Below, piece after piece: positions 27,401 through 35,722 of a stretch of DNA of 35,788 bases. Below the pieces are notes generated by a model. It was not told the origin of the DNA, ran no database searches, and saw only the letters and a list, made by a program, of their open reading frames with translations. The stretch comes from Thermoproteota archaeon (GTDB taxonomy: Archaea; Thermoproteota; EX4484-205; JAAOZP01), in NCBI GenBank assembly GCA_038883435.1, contig JAVZMD010000003.1:1-35788 (forward strand). Direction: 5' to 3'. The translations under genes and the position numbers were made by a program. Numbering within the stretch: the first letter of the stretch is position 1; every line of letters begins with the position of its first letter.

Positions 27401-27795
27401 ATTACCAGCGGCTCCACCACATGGTTAAGGATAAGATGCATGCGAGAGCTAGGGGCCAGGTACAAATGCTGACGCATCAGCCTACTGAGGGAAGGTCAAG
27501 AGGAGGTGGTTTAAGATTCGGCGAGATGGAGAGAGATTGTCTAGTTGGCCATGGAGCGGCTAGGCTTCTTCAGGACAGGCTTTTAGAAGAGTCTGATAGG
27601 ACCATAGTATACGTTTGCGAGAAGTGCGGTACATTCGCCTATTACGATGCTAAGCAGAAGAAATACATATGCCCACTTTGTGAAAAAGGAAAGGATGTTA
27701 GTGGCATAGAGATTTCATATGCCTTCAAGCTTCTACTGCAGGAATTGATGAGTCTTGGAATATTTCCGAGAATAAGGGTTAGGGAGAAGGTGTAG
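24442..27795 (+). CDS. rpoB: RNA polymerase subunit B (Rpo2), unsplit
   Basis: GGYFIINGSERV, ETPEG.NCGLVKN, YNMEDA, GDKFASRSGQKG, NPHAIPSRMT, GGLRFGEMERD, C-terminal Zn finger. Confidence 0.98.
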   Translation: MSEELSEADLWVVAESYIKSIGLARHHIDSFNEFVDRDMQKIVDEVKSIEVNVEDKVIRVEFGEIRVHIPRIIEPSGAVRNVYPMEARMRNFTYAAPIYLEIKEIKDGRENRQEVLIGELPIMVNSRYCALAGLSPEARVRLGEDPYDPGGYFIINGSERVIVGVEDLAPNRIILEEKKIGPYSFYIARVFSTTVGYRTRVEVRLKGQSNELKVYLPGVGQEIPFVIMLKALGMASDREIAERVSPFPEIQELLAPSFDAAQNIMSKEDAIMYIGNRVAYGQSDKVRLNKTQNVLDKILLPHLGMDESARYNKALFLCEMAERILAMKLGWRPPDDKDHYKNKRIRLAGGLLAELFRTSFRRMVRDFRYQLEKFSLRHRIIYSFSNLITTSLITDTINQAMATGNWGKRLVGVTQLLDRTNYLSVLSHLRRIQSPLSRSQSNFDARDLHPTQWGKLDPNETPEGVNCGLVKNMSIGTQVSVSADKSVLDKILSKFGIIPVVKADQETRLTAAKIFIDGVPVGYSHSGEALVKEIRSLRRKGVIPPEINVAYYEFNYGGRVVKEIYFNADPGRVRRPLIVVEDGQIKLTKDHVSKLALGKISFDDLVNNGVVELLDAEEEENALIAVSLKDVTTETTHLEISPTLVFGVVSAMVPFAEHNHSPRNTYEAAMAKQALGLPFTNISNAFYTTFHVMTYPQTPLVASKIDQIIGLDKRPTGQNFLVAVLSHPYNMEDAIVLNAASIQRGLARSTTYKSYEVEARRYPMGEVDRIEKPDPQIRGYRGDEAYAKVEDDGIVSVEAEVKGGEVIVGRSSPPRFFEEYKELVFQAPARRDSSVALKPSESGYVDNVIVTEDLENNRLIKVRIRDHRIPEIGDKFASRSGQKGVIGMLVNQTDMPFTEDGLVPDLLINPHAIPSRMTISHFLESLFGIAAALEGRPMDGTTFIHAPEKEVQKILEENGFSPYGEFDFIDGMTGKRFRAKVFMGIIYYQRLHHMVKDKMHARARGQVQMLTHQPTEGRSRGGGLRFGEMERDCLVGHGAARLLQDRLLEESDRTIVYVCEKCGTFAYYDAKQKKYICPLCEKGKDVSGIEISYAFKLLLQELMSLGIFPRIRVREKV

Positions 27796-27800
27796 AAGAA

Positions 27801-30800
27801 ATGAGCCAGGAAGTTGAGGTAAAACATATCGATTCGATAAAATTCGGAGTACTCTCACCAGCCGAGATTAGAAGACTCTCCGTGATGGAGGTGACAACGG
27901 ACGAGACCTATGATCAAGACGGGCTCTCAGTCCCAGGTGGGATAATGGATACGCGTTTAGGTACAATAGAGCCTAGACAAAGATGTAAGACATGTGGCAA
28001 CTTGCCCGATAAGTGCCCCGGGCACTTTGGCCACATAGAACTACCCGTGCCGGTGATACATGTTTCCTTTGCACGTGAGATTGAACGTGTTCTACAATCC
28101 ACTTGCAGACAATGCGGGAGAATACTATTGCCTAATGATAGAATAAACTACTACAGGGAGAAGATGAAGGAATACGAAGAGCTCTACGGCATTGTGCCAG
28201 AGCAAATTTTCGACCAGATAAAAGACGAGGTTAGAAGAGCCAACAGGTGTCCACATTGCGGTGCTGAGAAATACCAGATCAGGCTCGAAAGACCTACAAA
28301 GTTCTACGAAAGGGACCCGGAGGGGACGCTCAGGCTGTTAAACTCCAGGATAATAAGGGAGCGTTTAAACTCCATTCCCCACGATGACCTCAGGCTTTTA
28401 AACATAGATCCAGAGGTTGCTCATCCAGCATGGTATGTTATAGAGGTTCTACCAGTCCCACCGATCCAAGTCAGGCCGTCGATAATACTTGAAACAGGAG
28501 AGAGGTCCGAGGATGACCTAACCCATAAGCTTGTGGACATAATAAGGACTGCTCGCAGAATAAGGGAGTATATAGAATCCGGAGCATCACCACTGATAAT
28601 ACAGGATCATGAGGATCTCTTACAGTATCATGTCACAACATACTTCGACAATGAGGCTGTCGGAATTCTCCCCGCCCAGCATAGGACGCGTAAGACGCTC
28701 AAGACGCTTGCGCAAAGGCTGAAGGGAAAGGAGGGTCGTTTCAGGAAAAACCTTTCTGGGAAGAGAGTAGACTTCTCCGCTAGGACAGTAATATCGCCTG
28801 ACCCCTATCTTGAAATCGACGAAGTGGGTGTGCCTGAGGAGATTGCTAAAATACTCACTGTGCCTGAGAGAGTTACATATTGGAATAGGGACTGGTTAAT
28901 GCAGCTCGTTAGGAACGGTCCCTTCATACACCCTGGCTCAGAGTATATAATCAGGCCAAGTGGTGCTAGGCACAAGCTGCAGTTTGTTGAAAATAGGGAT
29001 TCCTTAGCTGAGGCATTGGACGTCGGCTTTATCGTTGAGAGACACTTGATCGACGGGGATTTTGTGATCTTCAACAGGCAACCTTCGCTCCACCGTCTCT
29101 CAATGCTGGGCCACAGGGTTAGGGTCCTTCCGGGGAAAACCTTCAGGCTCAACCCTAGTGTCTGCCCGCCTTACAACGCTGACTTCGACGGAGACGAGAT
29201 GAACCTCCATGTGCCGCAGAGCCTTGAAGCCTCAGTAGAGACAAGCATGCTGCTCGGAGTCAAAAACCATTATCTAACTCCGAGGTATGGCGCACCCATT
29301 ATGGGTGCGATAAGGGATTTCATAACTGGAGCATACCTCCTAACTAAGAAAGACACTTACTTAACCAAAGAGGAGTTTGCAAGAATAGTGTACGCTGCGG
29401 GCTACGAAGGTGAGCTTCCCGAGCCTGAGATTAAGAATCCCGAACCATTATGGTCTGGTAGGCAGGCAGTTAGCCTTCTTTTAAGAAAGGACTTTAACTA
29501 TGTAAACAAGACTAGCGTGGGAGACGTTGGAGGTAAAGAAGAAGCAGAAATAGTAATAAAAAACGGCAAGTTAGTATCTGGCGTTATCGATAAAGCCTCC
29601 ATAGGTGCCGAGAAGGCTGATACAATCCTGCACAGGATAATAAAGAAATATGGCTTAGAGGAGGGGCATAGGTTCATATCTTCACTAGAGAAAATGGTTA
29701 GGGAATTCATTCTGTTAAGAGGATTTAGCTTCGGCTATAGAGATATAGAGTTACCTAAGAACATTCAGGAACGGGTAAGTAAGGAAGTTGACCAGGCTGA
29801 TGTTGAAGTAGAGAGTCTTCTCGAAGACTGGAAGAAGGGTAGGATAAAGAGGATCCCGGGCATGAGTGAAGAGGAGAGTCTAGAAGCATATATAATGGAC
29901 GCGCTCTCTAACGTTAGAAGCAAAGTCGGAAACCTTGTCTCATCAACCTTAGGTCTTGACAACAGTATGGTTATAATGACCAAGACGGGGGCGAGAGGAT
30001 CAGACCTTAACGTCGGCCAGATATCAGGATGCCTAGGGCAACAGGCTCTAAGGGGCAAGAGGATTTTCAAAGGATATTTGGAAAGGCCACTGCCACACTT
30101 TAACAAGGGCGACCTTGGTCCACTCGCTAGGGGATTCATAAAATCCAATTACTACCAGGGGCTTTCACCCATAGAGCTATTCTACCATTCTATGAGCGGC
30201 CGCGAATCCCTTGTTGATACTGCAGTTAGGACTCAGCAAAGCGGATACTTGCAGCGTAGGCTGATACACGCATTAGAGTCGCTCAGAATAGAATACGACG
30301 GGACTGTAAGAGACTCATATGGTAACATAGTTGACATAATATACGGTGAGGATGGTGTAGACCCGTCTAAGAGCGACCATGGAAAGTCTGTGGATGCATT
30401 TAGGATAGTCGAAGAATACGCGTTATCCCTTCCAAAGAAGGGTAGTCCAGCAAGCAGGCAGGTTGTTAAGAAGATGATCGAAGAATACGGAAGGATATTG
30501 CCTCCAAGTATTAAGAGAGAAACGCTTCAAGCAATACTCTCAAAACATCTTTCAGCGTCGGCTGCTAAGAGGGTTGTGGAAAGGATAGTCGAAGAGTATA
30601 AGCGGGCGCTAGTGGAGGCTGGTGAAAGTGTTGGTATTGTTGCAGCACAGTCAATAGGGGAACCTGGGACTCAGATGACGCTAAGGACCTTCCACTATGC
30701 TGGTGTCAGAGAGGCGAACGTGACCCTTGGGCTTCCTAGGCTTATTGAACTACTCGATGCGAGGAAAACTCCCAAGACGCCGATGATGACTGTTTACCTA

Positions 30801-31649
30801 AGGAGTCCATATAATAAGGACTATAGTAGGGCTTTGAAAGTCGCTAGGAAAATGGTATACACTACGATTGAAGACATTGCTAGAATAAGCTTAAAGTCAA
30901 CTACTGCATACGATTACTTAGTCATACATCCTGTTGAAGAGTGGTTGGTGGAAAGAGGGCTCTCTGAAGAAGATGTTCAAAAAGTGCTTAAAGCATTAAA
31001 TCTTAAGTTTAATGTTAAGAACGATGGAAGTATCGAGATACCTATTAAAAACGACGCCCAGAAGTTCGAGTCTAAGATAAGGAAGACGCCCGTAAGCGGC
31101 ATAACCGGGGTTAAGGGAGTCCTTTTGAAGGAGGAGAATAATGAGTATTGCATAGTGACTGAGGGAAGCAATCTAGCGGAGGTATTCAACATACCTGAGG
31201 TGGATTACACTAGGACGGTGAGCAACGATATTCACGAGATCGCAGAAGTTCTAGGCATAGAGGCTGCTAGAGCCGCTCTTATAAACGAGATGTGGAAGAC
31301 TTTAAACGAGCAGGGTCTAGACGTCGACCGGAGGCATCTCTCACTTGTCGCGAGTGCGATGACTCAGGACGGTGTTGTGAAGCAGATAGGTAGGCACGGG
31401 GTTAGTGGAAGTAAGCAGAGTGTACTAGCTAAAGCAGCCTTTGAAAGGGCTGTTCAAGTCCTTGTTGAAGGTGCTGTGGCAGGTATGGAGGATAAACTGC
31501 TCGGTATGACCGAGAGGGTTCTTGCAGGTTCGGAGATTTACGCTGGAACAGGCATGGTCAAAGTATATGTTGATATAGAAGGGTTCACAAAGAGCAAGGG
31601 TGAGACTGGAGATGTCGGAGGAGAAAGCATCACTCAGCAGCAAGCTTGA
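27801..31649 (+). CDS. rpoA: RNA polymerase largest subunit (Rpo1), A' and A'' in one ORF
   Basis: CPGHFGHI, KEGRFR.NLSGKRVDFSARTVI, catalytic YNADFDGDEM and bridge helix DTAVRT..SGYLQRRL (A'), continuing in frame into AQSIGEPGTQMTLRTFH, TLGLPRL.E, LGIEAAR, D.RHL, AAFE (A''). Confidence 0.98.
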   Translation: MSQEVEVKHIDSIKFGVLSPAEIRRLSVMEVTTDETYDQDGLSVPGGIMDTRLGTIEPRQRCKTCGNLPDKCPGHFGHIELPVPVIHVSFAREIERVLQSTCRQCGRILLPNDRINYYREKMKEYEELYGIVPEQIFDQIKDEVRRANRCPHCGAEKYQIRLERPTKFYERDPEGTLRLLNSRIIRERLNSIPHDDLRLLNIDPEVAHPAWYVIEVLPVPPIQVRPSIILETGERSEDDLTHKLVDIIRTARRIREYIESGASPLIIQDHEDLLQYHVTTYFDNEAVGILPAQHRTRKTLKTLAQRLKGKEGRFRKNLSGKRVDFSARTVISPDPYLEIDEVGVPEEIAKILTVPERVTYWNRDWLMQLVRNGPFIHPGSEYIIRPSGARHKLQFVENRDSLAEALDVGFIVERHLIDGDFVIFNRQPSLHRLSMLGHRVRVLPGKTFRLNPSVCPPYNADFDGDEMNLHVPQSLEASVETSMLLGVKNHYLTPRYGAPIMGAIRDFITGAYLLTKKDTYLTKEEFARIVYAAGYEGELPEPEIKNPEPLWSGRQAVSLLLRKDFNYVNKTSVGDVGGKEEAEIVIKNGKLVSGVIDKASIGAEKADTILHRIIKKYGLEEGHRFISSLEKMVREFILLRGFSFGYRDIELPKNIQERVSKEVDQADVEVESLLEDWKKGRIKRIPGMSEEESLEAYIMDALSNVRSKVGNLVSSTLGLDNSMVIMTKTGARGSDLNVGQISGCLGQQALRGKRIFKGYLERPLPHFNKGDLGPLARGFIKSNYYQGLSPIELFYHSMSGRESLVDTAVRTQQSGYLQRRLIHALESLRIEYDGTVRDSYGNIVDIIYGEDGVDPSKSDHGKSVDAFRIVEEYALSLPKKGSPASRQVVKKMIEEYGRILPPSIKRETLQAILSKHLSASAAKRVVERIVEEYKRALVEAGESVGIVAAQSIGEPGTQMTLRTFHYAGVREANVTLGLPRLIELLDARKTPKTPMMTVYLRSPYNKDYSRALKVARKMVYTTIEDIARISLKSTTAYDYLVIHPVEEWLVERGLSEEDVQKVLKALNLKFNVKNDGSIEIPIKNDAQKFESKIRKTPVSGITGVKGVLLKEENNEYCIVTEGSNLAEVFNIPEVDYTRTVSNDIHEIAEVLGIEAARAALINEMWKTLNEQGLDVDRRHLSLVASAMTQDGVVKQIGRHGVSGSKQSVLAKAAFERAVQVLVEGAVAGMEDKLLGMTERVLAGSEIYAGTGMVKVYVDIEGFTKSKGETGDVGGESITQQQA

Positions 31650-31923
31650 GCTCCTAGCTAAGACAGGCAGCTTTGTAACTGGTTTCAACGAGGTTTACAG
31701 GCTTGTTCTACGTGGCAAGCTGGAGGGGGTAATATACGTTTCCAACTTGCCCGAGCCCTATTTAGGCATGTTGAAGAATGCCCTAGAACTTTCTAAAACC
31801 CCTTCAATAGTCTACGAGGGTTCTCGCGTAGCCTTGGGTAAAGCGTTAAGCTTAAAATATCCGGTTGCAGTCATAGGGATAGTAAACCAGGGAGAATCAA
31901 AGATACTGGGGGAAAATAAGTAG
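31612..31923 (+). CDS. rpl30e: 50S ribosomal protein L30e (ORF track starts at 31600)
   Basis: KTG...G, SN.P, YEGS...LG.A, I.N.GES.IL; canonical position between rpoA and nusA; GGAG just upstream of ATG 31612. Confidence 0.9.
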   Translation: MSEEKASLSSKLELLAKTGSFVTGFNEVYRLVLRGKLEGVIYVSNLPEPYLGMLKNALELSKTPSIVYEGSRVALGKALSLKYPVAVIGIVNQGESKILGENK

Positions 31924-31925
31924 GT

Positions 31926-32375
31926 ATGTCAAGTAAAAACGACGTGAAGGCAAGCTGGTCAAACCAGGAGCTCAGCTACATCGGCTTCTTCGAAAGTGCA
32001 ACCGGTGCTAGAGTAGTTGATTGTCTAATAACAAACAATGATAGGACAGTCTTCTTCCTCCTCAAGCCTGACGACTTTGAGAGAATAAAACACTGCTGCA
32101 AACTTCTTCTCCAACATTTCTCCAAGAAAATAGGGAAGGAAATACACGTCATGGGGCTCCATGATGATATTGAAACATTCCTCAGACAAGCTCTCTACCC
32201 AGTTAAAGTGCTAGACATACAGGTTGAGAATAACTCTAAGGGTGGGAAAGTTGTATACGTGTCTGTAAGTGACGCAGATAAGGGCAGGGCAATAGGAAAA
32301 AACGGCTTTAGAATACAGGGTATAAGGGAAATCGCCAGGAGATATTTTGGAATAAGCGACGTTAAAATACGCTAA
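31926..32375 (+). CDS. nusA: Archaeal NusA (two KH domains)
   Basis: YI..FES.TGA.V.DC N-terminus, [12 protein letters not shown] second KH domain; canonical synteny. Confidence 0.92.
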   Translation: MSSKNDVKASWSNQELSYIGFFESATGARVVDCLITNNDRTVFFLLKPDDFERIKHCCKLLLQHFSKKIGKEIHVMGLHDDIETFLRQALYPVKVLDIQVENNSKGGKVVYVSVSDADKGRAIGKNGFRIQGIREIARRYFGISDVKIR

Positions 32376-32409
32376 GAGAAGCTTAATAAGACCCTTATCC
32401 TACAGGACC

Positions 32410-32844
32410 TTGAGATTGGGCAGAGGAGAATTTGCAGCTAGGAAGTTAATACTCGTCCGTAAGAAGTTTAGGTGGAGCTCTAGATACTACACTAAGAGAG
32501 TTCTAAGGCTAAAAGAGCTCTATGACCCTCTGGAAGGAGCTCCAATGGCCAGAGGCATAGTCCTTGAGAAGGTTGGGATAGCGAGTAAGCAGCCCAATAG
32601 TGCCGTTAGAAAATGCGTAAGGGTCCAATTGATAAAGAATGGGAAAGAGGTTACTGCATTCGTCCCAGAAGACGGTGCTCTGAACTTCATAAACGAGAGA
32701 GATGAGGTGATCATCGCAGGCATAGGCGGCTCATTAGGCAGGTCTATGGGAGATATCCCAGGGGTAAGGTATAAGGTCATAAGCGTCAACGGAGTGTCTC
32801 TAGACGCACTTCTGAAGGGTAAGAAACAGAAGCCTACGAGGTAA
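32410..32844 (+). CDS. rps12: 30S ribosomal protein S12 (uS12)
   Basis: [47 protein letters not shown]. Confidence 0.98.
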   Translation: MRLGRGEFAARKLILVRKKFRWSSRYYTKRVLRLKELYDPLEGAPMARGIVLEKVGIASKQPNSAVRKCVRVQLIKNGKEVTAFVPEDGALNFINERDEVIIAGIGGSLGRSMGDIPGVRYKVISVNGVSLDALLKGKKQKPTR

Positions 32845-32883
32845 AGCTTTTTATAGGCTTAACAGCAAAATGCTTGTCCAAGC

Positions 32884-33462
32884 TTGTCTAAGCCAAGCAT
32901 AGAGTGTAAGCTATTCGACAAGTGGAGCTTCGACGGCATAGAGGTTAACGACCCTGGGCTAGCTCAGGTTATAAGCCTAAGGCCGGTTAGGATCCCTCAT
33001 TCCGGCGGTAGGCATGAAAAGAGGAAATTCTGGAAGTATAACGTAAACATTGCTGAACGGCTGGCCAACAGGCTGGCTCAAACAGCCAGGGCCGGAGGTA
33101 GGAAAGCCAAGGCAATAAACATAGTTAAAGATGCTTTCGAAATAATAAGTCTTCAAACAGGCAGGAACCCAATAGAGATACTCGTAAACGCCCTTTTAAA
33201 CTCCGCCCCTAGAGAGGACACTACGAGAGTAAGCTACGGTGGTATAGTTTACTACCAGTCGGTAGACATTTCACCGGGCAGAAGGGTGGATTTAGCAATA
33301 AGGAACATCGTAGACGGGGCTAAGATGAAGAGTTTTAAGAATAGGAAGACAATAGCGGAGGCGCTTGCCGAGGAGATAATAAACGCGGCGAACAACGATG
33401 ATTCAAGCTATGCGGTTTCAAGGAAGAAAGAGCTTGAAAGACATGCTGAAGCGTCGCGTTAA
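32884..33462 (+). CDS. rps7: 30S ribosomal protein S7 (uS7)
   Basis: LFDKW, DPGL, PHSGGRH, NPI, APRED.TR..YGG, VD.SP.RRVD.A, LAEEII.A, ER.A..SR. Confidence 0.98.
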   Translation: MSKPSIECKLFDKWSFDGIEVNDPGLAQVISLRPVRIPHSGGRHEKRKFWKYNVNIAERLANRLAQTARAGGRKAKAINIVKDAFEIISLQTGRNPIEILVNALLNSAPREDTTRVSYGGIVYYQSVDISPGRRVDLAIRNIVDGAKMKSFKNRKTIAEALAEEIINAANNDDSSYAVSRKKELERHAEASR

Positions 33463-33501
33463 ACTCACGTTCTACTTTAAAATGATCCATCTAGCAATAG
33501 T

Positions 33502-33514
33502 GAAAAACTTATAA
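33502..33514 (+). promoter_or_regulatory. BRE/TATA-like element for guaB
   Basis: GAAAAACTTATAA 24 nt before ATG 33539. Confidence 0.6.
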
Positions 33515-33538
33515 TCCAAGGCTTTTAAGTAATGGAAT

Positions 33539-34969
33539 ATGGGGGTGTTTCAAGAGAAGTTTGAGAAGGCGGAAATTGCTTTTAACTTTGAAGACGTAAT
33601 ACTACTACCGGGTTTTTCACAAATAGAGCCGAAGGACATAGACTTGAGAACCAGTTTTTCGAAAAATATTCCGATAAACATCCCATTAGTATCCTCGCCG
33701 ATGGATACCGTAACGGAGTCCGAGATGGCAATAGCCCTTGCAAGACACGGTGGATTAGGTGTTGTACATAGAAACTGTTCGGCAGAAGAAGAGCTAGAAA
33801 TGGTTAAGGCAGTTAAGAGAGCGGAATCCTTCATAATCAAGGACGTTATAACGGTAAACAAAGAGGCTACTGTCGGAGATGCTGCGGAGCTGATGAGAAA
33901 ACATAGGATATCTGGTCTTCCCGTAGTTGAAGGAAACAGGCTGATCGGGATAATAACGGGTAGAGATGTGAGGTTTACAGACCCTTCGATAAGGGTTGAG
34001 GAGGCCATGACTAAAGACGTTGTAGTAGCGGGTCCTAGTGTAACTCCTGAAGAAGCTGTTGAATTGATGAAGAAACATAGAGTTGAGAAGCTTCCGGTTG
34101 TAGATAGTAATAACCAGCTTATTGGATTAATAACTTACAAGGACGTGGCTTTAAGAGGCGAGTATAAAGATGCTTCTAGAGACTCCGAGGGTAGGCTGAG
34201 AGTTGCCGCAGCCGTGTCTCCTTTTGATCTGGATAGGGCAAAGCTTCTTGCAAAATATGCAGACGCCTTAGTAATAGATGTTGCACACTTCCACAATAAG
34301 AACGTGATAGAGGCAACGCGGAGGCTTACTAGAGAAGTTGGCATCGACATCGTAATAGGGAACCTAGGTACTAAACAGGGGGTCTTGGACTCAATATCTA
34401 GAATAGAGGATGTTGCAGGGCTTCGAGTAGGTATTGGAAGCGGCTCTGTCTGCATAACTACAGAAGTAACTAGAGCAGGAGCACCCACACTCTACGCGGT
34501 TTCGCAAGCTGCAGACGCTCTTGAAGAATTAGGTTTGAAAATACCGGTGATTGCAGACGGTGGAGTTAGAAATCCTGGGGATGTTGCGCTAGCAATAGCA
34601 TTTGGAGCATCATGTGCCATGCTTGGATACGTTTTAGCGGGCTGCAAGGAGAGTCCAAGCCCGATGACTATAATAAACGGCAAATACTTTAAGCTACACA
34701 GAGGTATGGGTAGTCAATCCGCGAGACAGAAGAGGATGGCACTAGACAGGTATGCTACCTTTTCGAAGGAAATACCTGAAGGTACTGAGATATGGGTGCC
34801 TTACCGTGGGGATGCGGCCTCGGTGATAAGTGAATTCGTCTCTGGAATAAGGGCTGCAATGGGCTATGCCGGAGCCTCCAACGTCAAGGAGCTAAGTAGG
34901 AAAGGAAGAGTTGCGAGATTCGTTTCACGGAAAGAGAAAAGCCAGACGAGTCAGAGCATTATGCTATAG
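33539..34969 (+). CDS. guaB: IMP dehydrogenase with CBS pair
   Basis: SSPMDTVTE, two CBS repeats, catalytic loop GIGSGSVCIT, IADGG, RGMGS, flap RY dyad, PEG, AMGY.GA. Confidence 0.93.
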   Translation: MGVFQEKFEKAEIAFNFEDVILLPGFSQIEPKDIDLRTSFSKNIPINIPLVSSPMDTVTESEMAIALARHGGLGVVHRNCSAEEELEMVKAVKRAESFIIKDVITVNKEATVGDAAELMRKHRISGLPVVEGNRLIGIITGRDVRFTDPSIRVEEAMTKDVVVAGPSVTPEEAVELMKKHRVEKLPVVDSNNQLIGLITYKDVALRGEYKDASRDSEGRLRVAAAVSPFDLDRAKLLAKYADALVIDVAHFHNKNVIEATRRLTREVGIDIVIGNLGTKQGVLDSISRIEDVAGLRVGIGSGSVCITTEVTRAGAPTLYAVSQAADALEELGLKIPVIADGGVRNPGDVALAIAFGASCAMLGYVLAGCKESPSPMTIINGKYFKLHRGMGSQSARQKRMALDRYATFSKEIPEGTEIWVPYRGDAASVISEFVSGIRAAMGYAGASNVKELSRKGRVARFVSRKEKSQTSQSIML

Positions 34970-35138
34970 AATAATCCGTAAGTCAAGTTGATAGTTACAA
35001 ATCAATGGAATATTAAGCTTGCGAATAGAATAATATCCTGCTTTTCAGACCTTTTTGTTAAATGTGTCACATTTCTAAGAAATATCATAAAGCATTCTAG
35101 TAATCTGAAGCAACGAGCATCCTAGTTTTGTTTTAAGC

Positions 35139-35516
35139 TTAACGTTTAAGCAACGATTTATTATAGAAGAGATAGACTAATGATATCGCTGGCACAATGA
35201 AACCAATTGCTGCTGAACCCTGTATTGTCATTCCCCAAATGTCAAAAACTATGGTTGCAAGACTTACTAGTATTATCATCCAGACTCCCAATTTCAGGCT
35301 TATCCAAAAACCTAGCACAGCAATAAGACCCAGTACTCCTAATGATAGAAACATTGTAAATAGTAAGAGTGATGTTTCATAGGAGATAGGTGCATCTAAA
35401 AACTGTCCCATTCCCTCGGGCATTCCCCGTATTGAGAAGTAGAGCCTACCAAGAGATTGAACAATCCATAAAAAAATCAAGAGGTATAATCCTAAGGTTT
35501 TTTCAACTCGGTCCAA
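35139..35516 (-). CDS. Hypothetical membrane protein (about 4 TM helices)
   Basis: 125 aa with four hydrophobic segments; GGTGA SD-like motif before TTG 35516. Confidence 0.75.
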   Translation of the reverse strand: MDRVEKTLGLYLLIFLWIVQSLGRLYFSIRGMPEGMGQFLDAPISYETSLLLFTMFLSLGVLGLIAVLGFWISLKLGVWMIILVSLATIVFDIWGMTIQGSAAIGFIVPAISLVYLFYNKSLLKR

Positions 35517-35722
35517 TTCTCATCACCAAGAGCCTGATTTAATTTAATCACTATTTCTCTTCCGAATTCCCTACACTTAGAGAACTCTCCGTCTGCAACA
35601 GGGCCTTTCAACCCTTCAACCTTTATCGATAAACCTGGTAGCAGTCTTCTCATCTCAGGGGCTTTTTCGCTAACCTGCTTCTCCATCTTCTCCGCAGCCT
35701 TCTTAAGGAACAACTGTACCAC
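35492..35722 (-). pseudogene. Possible C-terminal fragment of a flavodoxin-like protein
   Basis: AAEKMEK...LSIKVEGLKGPVADGEFSKCREFGREI resembles the last strand and helix of flavodoxin-fold proteins. No N-terminal FMN-binding motif; in-frame TGA five codons upstream of the GTG. Confidence 0.4.

Noticed and set aside
10935-31649. Inteins in PolB1 or the RNA polymerase subunits
   Set aside because: Lengths are normal, conserved motifs are contiguous, and no intein splice motifs or LAGLIDADG blocks were seen.
2709-35382. Numerous 60-205 aa ORFs antisense or out of frame to identified genes (e.g. 3411-3923, 7933-8550, 14591-14854, 33550-34008)
   Set aside because: They overlap well-supported genes and show the Ser/Leu/Ile/Phe-rich composition typical of shadow frames.
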